From an uncultured delta proteobacterium (GTDB taxonomy: Bacteria; Desulfobacterota; Desulfomonilia; UBA1062), in assembly GCA_963785235.1 (NCBI GenBank), contig CAWAUM010000013.1, positions 160,001 to 224,000 of the forward strand: DNA of 64,000 bases, read 5' to 3'. The translations under genes were made by a program, and so were the position numbers. This document shows, piece after piece, positions 19,613 through 30,250 of this stretch. The stretch's first letter is position 1. Every line of letters starts with the position of its first letter. The notes under the pieces were generated by a model, which saw only the letters and a list, made by a program, of their open reading frames with translations, was not told where the DNA came from and searched no databases.

Positions 19613-20350
19613 ATGATAAAAGAAGATCGCGAAAGCACACTGGTACTCATTAAGCCCGATGCCCTGAAAAATTCACTGACAGGGTATATCCTTTCCATGC
19701 TCTCGGAATTTCATACCGGGTTGCGTTTCGCTGGGACAAAGATCGTATCCGTCAGCACGCTGCTTGCCGAGGAACATTACGAAGAACACCGGGGAAAATT
19801 CTTCTACCCCTCTTTGCTTGAGTATATAACCGGGCGGCTCCATTATCCTGACGAACCGCTAAAGCGCAGGGTCATTGCCTTTGTCTACCAGGGTCCGGGC
19901 GCAATCAAAAAGATACGGGACATCGCAGGGCCCACAAACGCCCATGATGCACGCGTGCAGAAGCCCGGATGCATTCGCGCACTGGGCACTGTGGTGCCGG
20001 TGAAGGATGAGTCAGGCAAATTTATCGGCGACAGGGTGGACAATCTTATCCATGCCTCAGCCAATACCTCCGATGCAGAGCGCGAAATTAAATTATGGTT
20101 CAGGCCCACAGACATACCGCCATACATGCGCGACTATGCTACTGAGGTGTGCGACAAGCTTTATTATTACAAAGACAATGCCATTTCAGCAGACCATGTT
20201 GCGGGCAGTATCGGGTTCCTGGCGCCGGGCGACCTTGCATGGAAATCCGATCTTGATGCTATACAATGCCACCTGAAGGGCGAAAAAACCGAGTGTTCAG
20301 TAAAAACGGTGGTGGCAAAATACCTGATAAACATGGAGAGCATAGACTGA
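19613..20350 (+). CDS. Nucleoside-diphosphate kinase family protein, C-terminally extended
   Basis: ESTLVLIKPDA, HYEEHRGKFFY, AGPTN, NLIHASA, AEREIKLWF. Confidence 0.82.
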   Translation: MIKEDRESTLVLIKPDALKNSLTGYILSMLSEFHTGLRFAGTKIVSVSTLLAEEHYEEHRGKFFYPSLLEYITGRLHYPDEPLKRRVIAFVYQGPGAIKKIRDIAGPTNAHDARVQKPGCIRALGTVVPVKDESGKFIGDRVDNLIHASANTSDAEREIKLWFRPTDIPPYMRDYATEVCDKLYYYKDNAISADHVAGSIGFLAPGDLAWKSDLDAIQCHLKGEKTECSVKTVVAKYLINMESID

Positions 20351-20410
20351 CTAAGGCATCTGTGCTCCTGAGCCTGGCTGCATCCTGATTATCCATTGTC
20401 TGGAGGTGTA

Positions 20411-20992
20411 ATGAAGCGATTACGCGAACTGCTGCTCATGGATGATCACGTATGCCCGTGGTGGCTCGCCTACACCTTTGACAACCCCATCAGACGCATC
20501 CTCCACCCACCGGACAAGGTCCTTGGAGGCCTTGTCCACCAAGGCTTTACAGCACTCGACATCGGGTGCGGCATGGGCCACTTCACCATGGGCATGGCAA
20601 AAATGGTGGGAGATCAGGGCCTGGTCATTGCCGTAGATATCCAGGAGCAGATGCTGGAAAGGGTTAAGAGGCGCGCCATACATCAGGGGCTGTCAGGGCG
20701 GATCATCCTGCACAAGGGCTATGTGGAAGGTCTTGAGATGAAGGGCCAGGTGGACTTTGCCCTGGCGTTCTGGATGGTCCATGAGGTGCCTGACCAGCTG
20801 GCATTCTTCAAGGCCGTAAAAGACCTGCTCAAACCTGACGGGCGTTTCCTGGTGGCTGAGCCGAAAATCCATACGAGTGAAGCTGACTTGGACAGGTCAT
20901 TGAAGATAGCATCCCAGGCAGGACTGGCTGTCTGTGCCAACCCGGGCATTCCCATAAGCAGGACCGCATTACTCACCCATCAGGGGCAGTGA
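20411..20992 (+). CDS. Class I SAM-dependent methyltransferase
   Basis: HVCPWW, LDIGCGMG, FWMVHEV. Confidence 0.88.
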   Translation: MKRLRELLLMDDHVCPWWLAYTFDNPIRRILHPPDKVLGGLVHQGFTALDIGCGMGHFTMGMAKMVGDQGLVIAVDIQEQMLERVKRRAIHQGLSGRIILHKGYVEGLEMKGQVDFALAFWMVHEVPDQLAFFKAVKDLLKPDGRFLVAEPKIHTSEADLDRSLKIASQAGLAVCANPGIPISRTALLTHQGQ

Positions 20993-20993
20993 T

Positions 20994-21122
20994 ATGGCAG
21001 GAGAAAAGGTAACACACCGCCAGAAGGACATCTCAAGGCTCATCAAGGAACGAAGCAATATCTCCAAGGACAAGATCAAGCGGGACAAGGGGAAAGAGAA
21101 ACCCGGAAAAAGATTCAGATAG
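20994..21122 (+). CDS. Candidate 42-aa basic small protein
   Basis: ATG immediately after the methyltransferase stop; MAGEKVTHRQKDISRLIKERSNISKDKIKRDKGKEKPGKRFR; below the ORF-track cutoff. Confidence 0.5.
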   Translation: MAGEKVTHRQKDISRLIKERSNISKDKIKRDKGKEKPGKRFR

Positions 21123-21238
21123 ACTCCTGCATACCTCTTGAGAAAACCATGTAGGAGGTGTTCTCGGAGGTGTCGTCTACCGTATATTAAGATACTCGAA
21201 GGGATAATTTTAAAAGACGGCATCTGGGGGTAAACCCG

Positions 21239-22066
21239 TCATACCCCTATTGCACAGGCAACCTCATGACCGGTAAAGGGGCACTGAAATTCCAACACAC
21301 AGGCAACGAGCCTCATGGGTTTTCCATCTTTATTGCCTTTCCCGTAGCGGGAGTCACCCATGACAGGGTGTCCTATTGAAGCAAGGTGCCGGCGGATCTG
21401 GTGAAGCCTGCCGGTTTCGATCTCCACCAGGAGTGTTGATACGTTGGCGTTAGGATCGCGGGAGAGCACCGAGTATCTTGTCAAGGCAGACCTTTGGTCA
21501 AGGGGGGTGTCAATGTTCCCCTGGTCCGGTTCCAAGAGACCAAGGACCTCTGTTTGATAGCGCTTTGTTATTGCACGGCCCTGGAAGAGTTCTGAGAGTT
21601 TCCCTGCGGCCTGAGAGGTATGTGCAACCAGGACCAGCCCCTGGGCCTCCCGGTCGAGACGATGAACAGGATAGACATCCCTCCTTGGTGAAAACGACAA
21701 CTCTACCTGCCGCAGAAGCGAGCAGTGGTCACCATATTCCGTGCCCTGGGTGAGGAGGCCGGCCGGCTTGTCCCATATGCTGTAGTGCCTGAGGTCCATT
21801 AAACAGCGAGCCTGGGGCAGGTCAATGGAAAGGATGGCCTGGTCGTAATAGAGCTCGACAACATCTCCTTGTTTCAGAACGGATGTGGCCCTCCTCAAAC
21901 GTTCACGCCCCCTTCCCCTCCTGCAGATCCATGCTGCACCTTTGATCATGGCGTCCTTGATGCGCGCCTTCGGCAAGCCGGAGTGAAGGGCAAGAAATTC
22001 GCAGGCCCCAAAAGGATCTCCCGCGATAACTGTCTTATTTATTAGGATCTTACCTTGTGTATCCAT
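21239..22066 (-). CDS. RluA family RNA pseudouridine synthase
   Basis: DKPAGL, VHRLDREAQGL, TGRLHQIRRHL, GHPVMGD. Confidence 0.9.
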   Translation of the reverse strand: MDTQGKILINKTVIAGDPFGACEFLALHSGLPKARIKDAMIKGAAWICRRGRGRERLRRATSVLKQGDVVELYYDQAILSIDLPQARCLMDLRHYSIWDKPAGLLTQGTEYGDHCSLLRQVELSFSPRRDVYPVHRLDREAQGLVLVAHTSQAAGKLSELFQGRAITKRYQTEVLGLLEPDQGNIDTPLDQRSALTRYSVLSRDPNANVSTLLVEIETGRLHQIRRHLASIGHPVMGDSRYGKGNKDGKPMRLVACVLEFQCPFTGHEVACAIGV

Positions 22067-22128
22067 GGATATACTTTAAACTCAGCTTCTCTTAGGGAAC
22101 CTCATGCCGATGCGGTTTTCTCGTCTTT

Positions 22129-23925
22129 TCAGACTGTATCCATAAGGGCCTTGATCTCGTCGTGATCGATTTTTTCCTTCTCCAGAAGCAGCTGCGCGCC
22201 TTTGACCAGGGTATCCCTCCTGGCTTTGAGGATGCCCATGGCGACCTTGTACTGGGAGGAGATGATCCCCTGGATCTCGCTGTCTATGGCCTGGGCCGTG
22301 GATTCGCTGTAATCCCCGCGGTTCTCCATGCCGAAATCCATGAGCTGTGAGCGTCTGTCATGTGCCAGATAGACCTGGCCGAGCGATTCGCTCATGCCGT
22401 ATTGCTTGACCATGCTCTTGGCGATATCCGTGGCACGGGACAGGTCATTGTGGGCCCCTGTGGATATATCGCTGAAGATGATCTCCTCTGCGGCCCTGCC
22501 GCCAAGCAGTGATGCGATCTTGTTCTGGAGCTCAGTCTTGCTCATGAGGAACCTGTCCTCGGTGGGAACCTGCATGGTGTAACCCAGCGCGGCAATACCC
22601 CGGGGGATGATGGATATCTTCTGCACCGGATCGGTGCCGGGCAGGCTCATGGCGACAATGGCATGGCCCATCTCATGGTGCGCCACCACGTCCCTCTCAT
22701 GAGGATTGATGACCCGGTTCTTTTTCTCGAGCCCGCCGATGATACGTTCCACTGCCTCCTGAAACTCACTCATGCCCACGAGCTTCTTGTTCCGCCTGAC
22801 AGCGAGCAGTGCCGCCTCATTTGCGAGGTTTGCCAGGTCGGCGCCCACCATGCCGGGTGTCATGGCTGCAAGCTTCTCGATATCCACATCGGGTTCGGTT
22901 TTGACTGTGCGCAGGTGAACTTTGAGGATGTCCTCTCTCCCTTTTTTATCGGGGCGATCCACCAGGATATGGCGGTCGAACCTTCCCGGCCTTAGCAAAG
23001 CCGGGTCAAGGATCTCGGGCCGGTTGGTGGCTGCCATGAGGATGACACCCACCTTAGAGTCAAAGCCGTCCATCTCCACCAGGAGCTGGTTGAGGGTCTG
23101 CTCGCGCTCGTCATGACCTCCGGTCATGCCGCCGAAGCCCCGAGCCTTGCCCAGGGCATCGAGCTCATCGATGAAGATGATGCAGGGGGCCTTCTCCTTG
23201 GCCTGTACGAAGAGGTCTCTCACCCGGGCGGCGCCAAGCCCCACGAACATCTCTACAAAATCCGACCCGCTCATGCTGAAGAACGGCACACCGCTTTCCC
23301 CGGCCACGGCTTTTGCCAGCAGGGTCTTGCCGGTGCCCGGGGGCCCTACCAGCAGGATGCCCTTGGGGACCTTTCCTCCAAGCTCTCCGAACTTCGCAGG
23401 GTTCTTCAGGAAGTCGATGACCTCCACAAGCTCCTGCTCCGCCTCGTCCACACCGGCCACATCGGTGAATCTCACATTGAGCTCGTTTTCCATATAGATT
23501 TTGGCCTTGTTCTTGCCCAGCGACATGAAGCCCGGCTGCTGGCCCCCCATGCGTTTCATGAGGAAGTACCAGATTCCGATGAACAGAAATATGGGCAGTA
23601 CCCAGGAGATGATATCGCGGACAAAGGTGGATTCGATTTCACCTTTGAAGGTGACGTTATACTGCTCGAGTGTCTTGGAGAGCTCCTGGTCCACTCGTAC
23701 GGTTTTGAAATCTACGACCTTCCCGGCGGAATCCTTCATCTTGCCCTGGATCTTGTCCAGAGATACCGCGATCTCGGTGACCTTGCCTGTTTTGAGCAAC
23801 GTCATGAACTGGCTGTAGGGGATGGTCTTGGCGGCATACATGGATGCTATGTAGCTCTGGACTATGAGAACCACCCACACCCCTATCAGGATGTAAAAGA
23901 CAGAAAATTTATGCTTCTTCTCCAA
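22129..23925 (-). CDS. ftsH: ATP-dependent zinc metalloprotease FtsH
   Basis: Two TM segments, [29 protein letters not shown]. Confidence 0.96.
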   Translation of the reverse strand: MEKKHKFSVFYILIGVWVVLIVQSYIASMYAAKTIPYSQFMTLLKTGKVTEIAVSLDKIQGKMKDSAGKVVDFKTVRVDQELSKTLEQYNVTFKGEIESTFVRDIISWVLPIFLFIGIWYFLMKRMGGQQPGFMSLGKNKAKIYMENELNVRFTDVAGVDEAEQELVEVIDFLKNPAKFGELGGKVPKGILLVGPPGTGKTLLAKAVAGESGVPFFSMSGSDFVEMFVGLGAARVRDLFVQAKEKAPCIIFIDELDALGKARGFGGMTGGHDEREQTLNQLLVEMDGFDSKVGVILMAATNRPEILDPALLRPGRFDRHILVDRPDKKGREDILKVHLRTVKTEPDVDIEKLAAMTPGMVGADLANLANEAALLAVRRNKKLVGMSEFQEAVERIIGGLEKKNRVINPHERDVVAHHEMGHAIVAMSLPGTDPVQKISIIPRGIAALGYTMQVPTEDRFLMSKTELQNKIASLLGGRAAEEIIFSDISTGAHNDLSRATDIAKSMVKQYGMSESLGQVYLAHDRRSQLMDFGMENRGDYSESTAQAIDSEIQGIISSQYKVAMGILKARRDTLVKGAQLLLEKEKIDHDEIKALMDTV

Positions 23926-24146
23926 GTATTGTTTTCTCCTTCATGTATGGCTTTTGGTGTAGTCGCTATTACTATAGTAACTGCACTGCCATTGTACTTC
24001 AAGATGTTATGATCTGCAAACATTTGGGATAATGTGTCACTCCCTTTGGCAAGGGGGGGATAGAAGGTTTTTTAAACTAAAATCCATGGGTGAACCGCTC
24101 TCTACCTCGAATACATCTAATACCTATGATTCAGGAGGAATAAAAG

Positions 24147-25222
24147 ATGATCAAAAAAATCATGAAAGGATTGATAGCCATGCTGATTCTTATGCCGTTG
24201 TCTAGCGGTGTTTCGGCTGATACCAAATATGAAGTGGCCACCTTTGCCGGGGGATGTTTCTGGTGCATGGAGCATCCCTTTGACAAGCTCCCCGGGGTGA
24301 AAGAGGTTATATCGGGTTATACCGGGGGACATACAGTGAACCCCACCTATGAGGAGAACTCATCCGGAACAACCGGACACGCCGAGGCCATCCAGGTGAC
24401 CTATGACCCTGCGAAGATATCGTATGCGGAACCTGCTGGAGGTGTTCTGGCGGCAGATTGACCCCACCGATGCCGTCGGACAGTTTGTGGACAGGGGCAA
24501 CCAGTACCGCAGCGGCATCTTCTACCACAATGATGAGCAGAAGCGGCTTGCCCAGGAGTCCAGGGACCGGCTCGCAAAATCGGGCAGATTTACAAAACCC
24601 ATTATCACCGAGATCGTGAAGGCAGGCACATTCTATAAGGCGGAAGAATACCATCAGAATTACTACAAGAAAAACCCGGTGCGGTATAAGTACTACCGGT
24701 TCAACTCAGGCCGTGACAAGTTTCTTGACAAGGCCTGGGGGAAAGACAGAGAATATGCGCCAGGGAAGACCGGAACCGGTTCATTTACCAAGCCGAGCGC
24801 AGAGGTATTGAAAAAGAAGCTCACGCCCATGCAGTTCAAGGTAACCCAGAAAGAGGGAACGGAACCGGCCTTTGACAATGTGTACTGGAACAACAAACAC
24901 GATGGCATCTACGTGGACATCGTCTCCGGCGAGCCCCTGTTCAGCTCCAGGGATAAGTATGACTCGGGCACCGGCTGGCCCAGCTTCACCAGGCCGTTGG
25001 AGCCGGGAAATATCGTGGAAAAGCAGGACAAGAGCCTGTTCTCGGTAAGGACAGAGGTGAGGAGCAAAAATGCCGATTCCCACTTGGGCCACGTATTCGA
25101 TGACGGTCCTGCCCCTACGGGACTGCGCTATTGCATGAACTCGGCGGCCTTGCGGTTCATCCCCAAGGAGGACCTGCAAAAAGAAGGATACGGCTCGGTA
25201 CCTTAAACTGTTTGATAAATAA
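24147..25222 (+). CDS. msrAB: Exported bifunctional methionine sulfoxide reductase MsrA/MsrB (frameshifts near 24428 and 25197)
   Basis: Signal peptide, [35 protein letters not shown]. Confidence 0.92.
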
Positions 25223-25237
25223 TTGGAGTAAAGGGCA

Positions 25238-25906
25238 ATGAAAAAAAAGCATGTTATTCTATTAGCCGTATCGTTGTTCATAATCCTTCTCGGCGCTGTC
25301 TTCATCTATGAGAGGGTCTATAATAGTGAACCTACTATTGATGAACTCAAGCTGCTCGCCAATCAGGGGGATATGGATGCACAGAATAGACTCGGGGCTG
25401 CTTACTTTAACGGCAAGGGCGTAGAGAAGAACATGGCAGAAGCCCAGAGATGGTTCAAACTCTCAGCCCAGAAAGGATATGCAAAGTCGCAATATAATCT
25501 TGGGGTAATGTATTATGCCGGACAAGGTGTGCCGCAAAGCCTCGCAGAGGCCCTAGATTGGTTCGGCAAGGCAGCCCTTCAGGGGTTTGCTGATGCTCAA
25601 TATAATCTTGGGGTGATGAATTATCAGGGTGCGGGCATAATGCAAAATTATCCGGAAGCCTTCAAGCTGTACAGCCAGGCAGCCCAAAAGGGACATGCCC
25701 TGGCACAGTATAATCTTGGATTGATGTATCTTGCCGGCAATGGCATACCCAAGGACCTGGTAAAGGCATATATGTGGCTTTCATTGGCAGCAGCACAGAA
25801 AGTTCCCGAAGCAGTAAAAAACCGGGATTATCTGGAAGCAAAAATGTCACCCAGCCAACTAGCAGAGGCCCGGAAACTGGCAAACGACTGGAAGCCTGTA
25901 AAATAG
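25238..25906 (+). CDS. Sel1-repeat protein, N-terminal membrane anchor
   Basis: Repeated AQYNLGVMY..G.GV units. Confidence 0.92.
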   Translation: MKKKHVILLAVSLFIILLGAVFIYERVYNSEPTIDELKLLANQGDMDAQNRLGAAYFNGKGVEKNMAEAQRWFKLSAQKGYAKSQYNLGVMYYAGQGVPQSLAEALDWFGKAALQGFADAQYNLGVMNYQGAGIMQNYPEAFKLYSQAAQKGHALAQYNLGLMYLAGNGIPKDLVKAYMWLSLAAAQKVPEAVKNRDYLEAKMSPSQLAEARKLANDWKPVK

Positions 25907-25989
25907 GTTCCCACTGCAAGAAAGCGAACACCACCTTATCTTTCTCATCTTTCCACTCATCTTGTTGAAATACACAGAATTTGTGATAT

Positions 25990-26439
25990 TCACTTTCCCC
26001 GGAGAACCGCCTGAATCAGGCCATCGAGATGCTGCAGGAAGCGGGAACGGTCTCGCTTTCCAAAAGGAGGGGGCCCGCAGGTATTGTTCCCCATCTCGCG
26101 CAGGTAAACTGACAGTTCTCTATTTGCAAGGGCATCGCCTATGGTTTCATTGGTTAAAACACGTCCCTTGGGGTCTATCACACGCGCTCCATTCTTCAGG
26201 CACCGCGATGCAAGGGGGATGTCAGCCGATACTGCGATATCGTTTTCATTGATATTCTCTGCAATCCAGTCGTCGGCAGCATCAAAATGGTCCTTGACAA
26301 CCACCATCTCGGCAAAAACGTCTTTCGGAATCTTTATGCTGGAGTTGGAGACAAGAAACACCTTGAACCCGTAACGTTTGGCAACCCGGAACACCTCATC
26401 CTTTACCGGGCATGCGTCGGCATCAACAAATATCTCCAT
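25990..26439 (-). CDS. YaiI/YqxD family protein
   Basis: IFVDADACPVK, DAADDWI, ADIPLA. Confidence 0.92.
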   Translation of the reverse strand: MEIFVDADACPVKDEVFRVAKRYGFKVFLVSNSSIKIPKDVFAEMVVVKDHFDAADDWIAENINENDIAVSADIPLASRCLKNGARVIDPKGRVLTNETIGDALANRELSVYLREMGNNTCGPPPFGKRDRSRFLQHLDGLIQAVLRGK

Positions 26440-26663
26440 CAGGAAGCGCCCTTGCCGCTGAGGTACAGATCTTCAACCTTCTTCCTGGCCCAGGGTGTTT
26501 TCCTTAAGAATATCAAACTGGACTTGATGCTTGGATTATTATGAAAACACCTGACACTGATAGTCCTTCCCAGCTCATCCCATCCGAAATGTTCAACCAG
26601 TTCGGTGAGAATCTTTTCAAGGGTCAGGCCGTGCAGAGGATTGTTTGGTTGTTGGTCAGCCAT
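26439..26663 (-). CDS. VF530/DUF2132 family protein
   Basis: [10 protein letters not shown]...[21 protein letters not shown]. Confidence 0.9.
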   Translation of the reverse strand: MADQQPNNPLHGLTLEKILTELVEHFGWDELGRTISVRCFHNNPSIKSSLIFLRKTPWARKKVEDLYLSGKGAS

Positions 26664-26707
26664 GTTTTATGCCTGATTGTCACTTTCTCAATCTTTCAAG
26701 ACCATAG

Positions 26708-26739
26708 GTTGGGTTTCGTTTTCACTCAACCCAACCTAC
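26708..26739 (-). repeat. Single GTAG-type REP copy
   Basis: Minus strand GTAGGTTGGGTTGAGTGAAAACGAAACCCAAC, same family as 6319-6423, just downstream of typA. Confidence 0.78.
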
Positions 26740-26756
26740 AGTTACTTCTTGCCGCT

Positions 26757-28598
26757 CTAACCGGACGCCTTCTTCTTCGCCACGCTCATGCCATGGCGTT
26801 TTAACGCGGAGAGCTGGGTCTTGCGGAGCCTGACGGATTTGGGTGTCACCTCCACCATCTCGTCTTCCTTGATGAACTGCAGGGCCTTCTCCAGGGTCAT
26901 GGGCGTTATGGGCGAGAGCATGATATTGTCGTCGCGTCCTGCGGCCCTCATGTTGGTGAGCTTCTTCAGCTTGCAGGGGTTCACGTCGATGTCGTTCTCA
27001 CGGCTGTGCTCGCCCACGATCATGCCTTCGTAGATAGGGTCGCCCGGCACCACGATGAGCCTGCCCCTGGGCTCCAGGCCGCTTAAGGCATACGGTACGG
27101 CAACGCCCTTGCGGTCGGCCACGATGGACCCGGTGTAACGGCTCGCGAACTCGCCTCGGTGTTCTTCATAGCCCAGCAGGTACGAACTCATGATGCCCGT
27201 GCCCTTGGTGTCGGTGAGGAACTCGTCACGGTACCCTATGAGGCCCCGCGATGGTATATTGAACTCTATCCTCACCCGGCCGGCGCCGTGGCTTGTGTAG
27301 TTGATCATCCTGCCCTTGCGGATGGAGAGCTTCTGGGTGACAATGCCCAGATACTCCTCGCCGCAGTCGATATAGAGGTGCTCGATGGGCTCCAGCACCT
27401 TGCCATCCTTGTATTCGTTGATGACCTCGGGCCTGCTGACGCACATTTCGAAGCCCTCGCGCCGCATGGTCTCGATGAGGATGGCAAGCTGGAACTCGCC
27501 CCGGCCCTTGATGATGAAGCCGTCCCTGTCAGAGGGAACTTCAAGCTGGATGGACACGTTGCGGAGCGTCTCCTTGACGAGGCGCTCGTATATCCTGTTG
27601 GACTGCACATAGGCGCCCTCAGTGCCGGCCAGCGGTGAAGTGTTGGCAACAATACGCATGGACACGGTGGGCTCATCCACGATTATCCGTTTCAGTGCCT
27701 TGGGGGCCTCCTGGGTGCAGATGGTGTCACCGATCTTCACATTCTCGATGCCTGCCAGCACCACGATGTCTCCGGGTTGCGCAGTGGCGACATCACGGAT
27801 GCTTATCCCCTCATAGCTCTGGAGCTTGGTGACCTTGAGCGGGATCTGAACGCCTTCGGCATTGATGCACAGGAGCGCATCACTGGCGGTCGTATGCCCA
27901 TGGTGGATCTTGCCGATGGCAAGCCTGCCTACATAATCGGAATAGTCCAGGTCGGAGACCAGCATCTGGAAGGGTTCCGCCAGGTCGTATGACGGGGCCG
28001 GGATCTTGGAGAGGATGGTTTCGAAGAGGCACTTGAGGTCCACGGGGACATCATCCAAGGATTTCATGGCGATCCCGTCGCGGCCGATGGCATACAGGCA
28101 GGGGAAATTGATCTGCTCGTCATCGGCACCAAGGTCGATGAAGAGGTCGTATATCTCGTTCAAAACCTCTTCGGTCCGTGCGTCCTTGCGGTCGATCTTG
28201 TTGATCACAACGATCACCTTGAGGCCGGCCTCCAGGGTCTTTTTCAACACGAAACGGGTCTGCGGCAGGGGCCCTTCGGAGGCATCCACCAGGAGGATGG
28301 CGCCGTCCGCCATGGAGAGCGCCCGTTCCACCTCGCCCCCGAAGTCGGCATGGCCGGGGGTGTCGATGATGTTTATCTTCACACCGCCCCAGATCACGGA
28401 ACAGTTCTTGGCGGCGATGGTGATGCCGCGTTCGCGTTCCAGATCCATACTGTCCATAATCCTGGTCTCTACCTCCTGGCCATCACGGAATACACCGCTC
28501 TGACGGAACATGGCATCCACAAGGGTGGTCTTCCCATGGTCGACATGGGCAATGATGGCGACATTCCTGATCTTTTTATTCCTTGCGGGCTGATTCAT
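26757..28598 (-). CDS. typA: Translational GTPase TypA/BipA
   Basis: AHVDHGKTT, ERERGITI, DTPGHADFGGEVER, NKID, GRGEFQL, KKLTNMRA. Confidence 0.96.
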   Translation of the reverse strand: MNQPARNKKIRNVAIIAHVDHGKTTLVDAMFRQSGVFRDGQEVETRIMDSMDLERERGITIAAKNCSVIWGGVKINIIDTPGHADFGGEVERALSMADGAILLVDASEGPLPQTRFVLKKTLEAGLKVIVVINKIDRKDARTEEVLNEIYDLFIDLGADDEQINFPCLYAIGRDGIAMKSLDDVPVDLKCLFETILSKIPAPSYDLAEPFQMLVSDLDYSDYVGRLAIGKIHHGHTTASDALLCINAEGVQIPLKVTKLQSYEGISIRDVATAQPGDIVVLAGIENVKIGDTICTQEAPKALKRIIVDEPTVSMRIVANTSPLAGTEGAYVQSNRIYERLVKETLRNVSIQLEVPSDRDGFIIKGRGEFQLAILIETMRREGFEMCVSRPEVINEYKDGKVLEPIEHLYIDCGEEYLGIVTQKLSIRKGRMINYTSHGAGRVRIEFNIPSRGLIGYRDEFLTDTKGTGIMSSYLLGYEEHRGEFASRYTGSIVADRKGVAVPYALSGLEPRGRLIVVPGDPIYEGMIVGEHSRENDIDVNPCKLKKLTNMRAAGRDDNIMLSPITPMTLEKALQFIKEDEMVEVTPKSVRLRKTQLSALKRHGMSVAKKKASG

Positions 28599-28756
28599 GG
28601 TGATCCTTTCACTGCGTAAGGCGTGTTCTCAACAGCGCTCAGTGCCATATACCACGTGAAGCCCCTTGGCAACAGAATTCTTTTGTGAAAAAGGATATGG
28701 CAGTTGCTGTTTCTGATGCTTGGTGCTATACAATGCGTCCTGAATCGAGGCCTCCC

Positions 28757-29842
28757 ATGAAGATAGGGCTAGTAGGACTGAAGAAATCGGGCAAGACCAC
28801 CATATTCAATGCGCTCACACGCATGGATATCGCCATAGACCAGTACTCATCCGCCAAGGATGAGCCGAATGTGGCTGTGGTGCATGTGGCGGACCCCCGT
28901 ATCACGCGATTAAGCGATTTATACAAACCAAAAAAGACCACCCATGCAACCCTGGAGTGCATCGATTTCGGCGGGTTCCGCAGTGAAGGCGGCAGCGATA
29001 AAAAAGAGGTCTTCTCGGCCTCCGAGCTGGGCCTCATCAAAACCTCCGATGCCCTGGCCCTTGTGGTGAGGAACTTCCATGATGAGTATATCGACAACCT
29101 TCTGGGTGGGCCTGACCCTCTCTCGGAGATCACCGGCATCATCTCGGAGCTCATCCTGTCCGACCTCATCCTGGCGGAGACCAGGCTCGAGCGCATTGAC
29201 CACCAGATAAGCAGAGGCCAGAAGAATGCACCCCTGGAGCTGGAACAGGACGCACTCCGGAAGGTAAGGGACTTCCTCGACAAGGGAGACCTTAATGTGC
29301 CCCCCACCCTTTCCGCGGATGAAGAAAAGGTCCTGCGCGGCTTCAGGTTCCTCACACTGAAGCCCATGCTCGTCATACTCAACTCGGATGAAGACTCCTT
29401 CGGCCGAAATGCCGAGCTGCTTGGACGGATCTGGAAGGACTACCGCGGCATCGAGTTTGCCGGCAGATTCGAGATGGACCTCTCCCGGCTCGATGCCAAT
29501 GAGGCGGCCGAATTCATGGCGGATATGGGCATCAGCGCCTCTGCCAGAGACCGGCTCACCCTGGCTGCCTACGAGCTGCTGGGTTATATCTCGTTCTTCA
29601 CCGTGGGCGCAGACGAGGTGCGCGCCTGGACCATCCGCAAAGGTGACACCGCGGTGGATGCAGCCGCTGCAATCCATTCCGACCTGGCCAGGGGGTTCAT
29701 ACGGGCCGAATGCTTCACCTATGACGATATCATGGCCCATAGTTCCGAGAAGGCACTGAAGGATAAGGGGCTCATACGGCTCGAAGGCAAAACCTATCCG
29801 GTCAAAGACGGCGACATCCTGTCCATCAGGTTCAGTGTGTAA
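28757..29842 (+). CDS. YchF-like ATPase (DUF933 domain)
   Basis: GLKKSGKTT, VADPR, SFFTVGADEVRAW, IHSDLARGFIRAE, EGKTYPVKDGD. Confidence 0.88.
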   Translation: MKIGLVGLKKSGKTTIFNALTRMDIAIDQYSSAKDEPNVAVVHVADPRITRLSDLYKPKKTTHATLECIDFGGFRSEGGSDKKEVFSASELGLIKTSDALALVVRNFHDEYIDNLLGGPDPLSEITGIISELILSDLILAETRLERIDHQISRGQKNAPLELEQDALRKVRDFLDKGDLNVPPTLSADEEKVLRGFRFLTLKPMLVILNSDEDSFGRNAELLGRIWKDYRGIEFAGRFEMDLSRLDANEAAEFMADMGISASARDRLTLAAYELLGYISFFTVGADEVRAWTIRKGDTAVDAAAAIHSDLARGFIRAECFTYDDIMAHSSEKALKDKGLIRLEGKTYPVKDGDILSIRFSV

Positions 29843-29896
29843 CGATAAGGAATAGTCTTAGGTAATGCCCCTGTGTTTATCAGGTGATCTGTTTGA

Positions 29897-30017
29897 CCCG
29901 GATTTTGCATTCTAAGACTTGCAAAAACTTGATCCGTTCAAATCCTTTATCTTGCAGCCTTTGTGCAGTGCTGATTAATACGGTCCTAGAGGCTGCAAGA
30001 TAAAGGATTTGAACGGA
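29897..30017. mobile_element. Second MITE copy: left end plus inner 85-bp hairpin element
   Basis: CCCGGATTTTGCA at 29897. Perfect 28-bp arms at 29933-29960 and 29990-30017, at the same 36-bp offset as the 18006 copy. Right end uncertain. Confidence 0.72.
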
Positions 30018-30038
30018 CCTGTTAAAAAACAATTCCCT

Positions 30039-30087
30039 GGCATATCGGGTATATCCCCGGCAGCTTGCAGCGGGGATATCATATGCC
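30039..30087. repeat. Palindrome resembling an IS200/IS605-type end
   Basis: GGCATAT...ATATCCCCG-GCAGCTTGCAG-CGGGGATAT.ATATGCC. Confidence 0.45.
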
Positions 30088-30250
30088 TGATATTTTTCGC
30101 TTTGAAAAAAATCGGAAGTTCATTATATGAAGGTGTCTTTGGTACCAGAAGAGAAGATTTGCGGATGCTCCATCAGCCTTTAAATAAAAGAGGCTGTTGA
30201 GAAATACCGCAAGGCCGGTTGATCCTGCAGCACTTCAAAGGAGATTACCC

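Noticed and set aside
24040-24060. CCCTT...AAGGG hairpins (also near 35783-35812 and 49961-49983) as a repeat family
   Set aside because: Low-complexity and too divergent to support as one family from this window alone.
28626-30202. 11-bp inverted pair TTCTCAACAGC / GCTGTTGAGAA around ychF as transposon ends
   Set aside because: Short, no target duplication or transposase seen, and it encloses a housekeeping gene.
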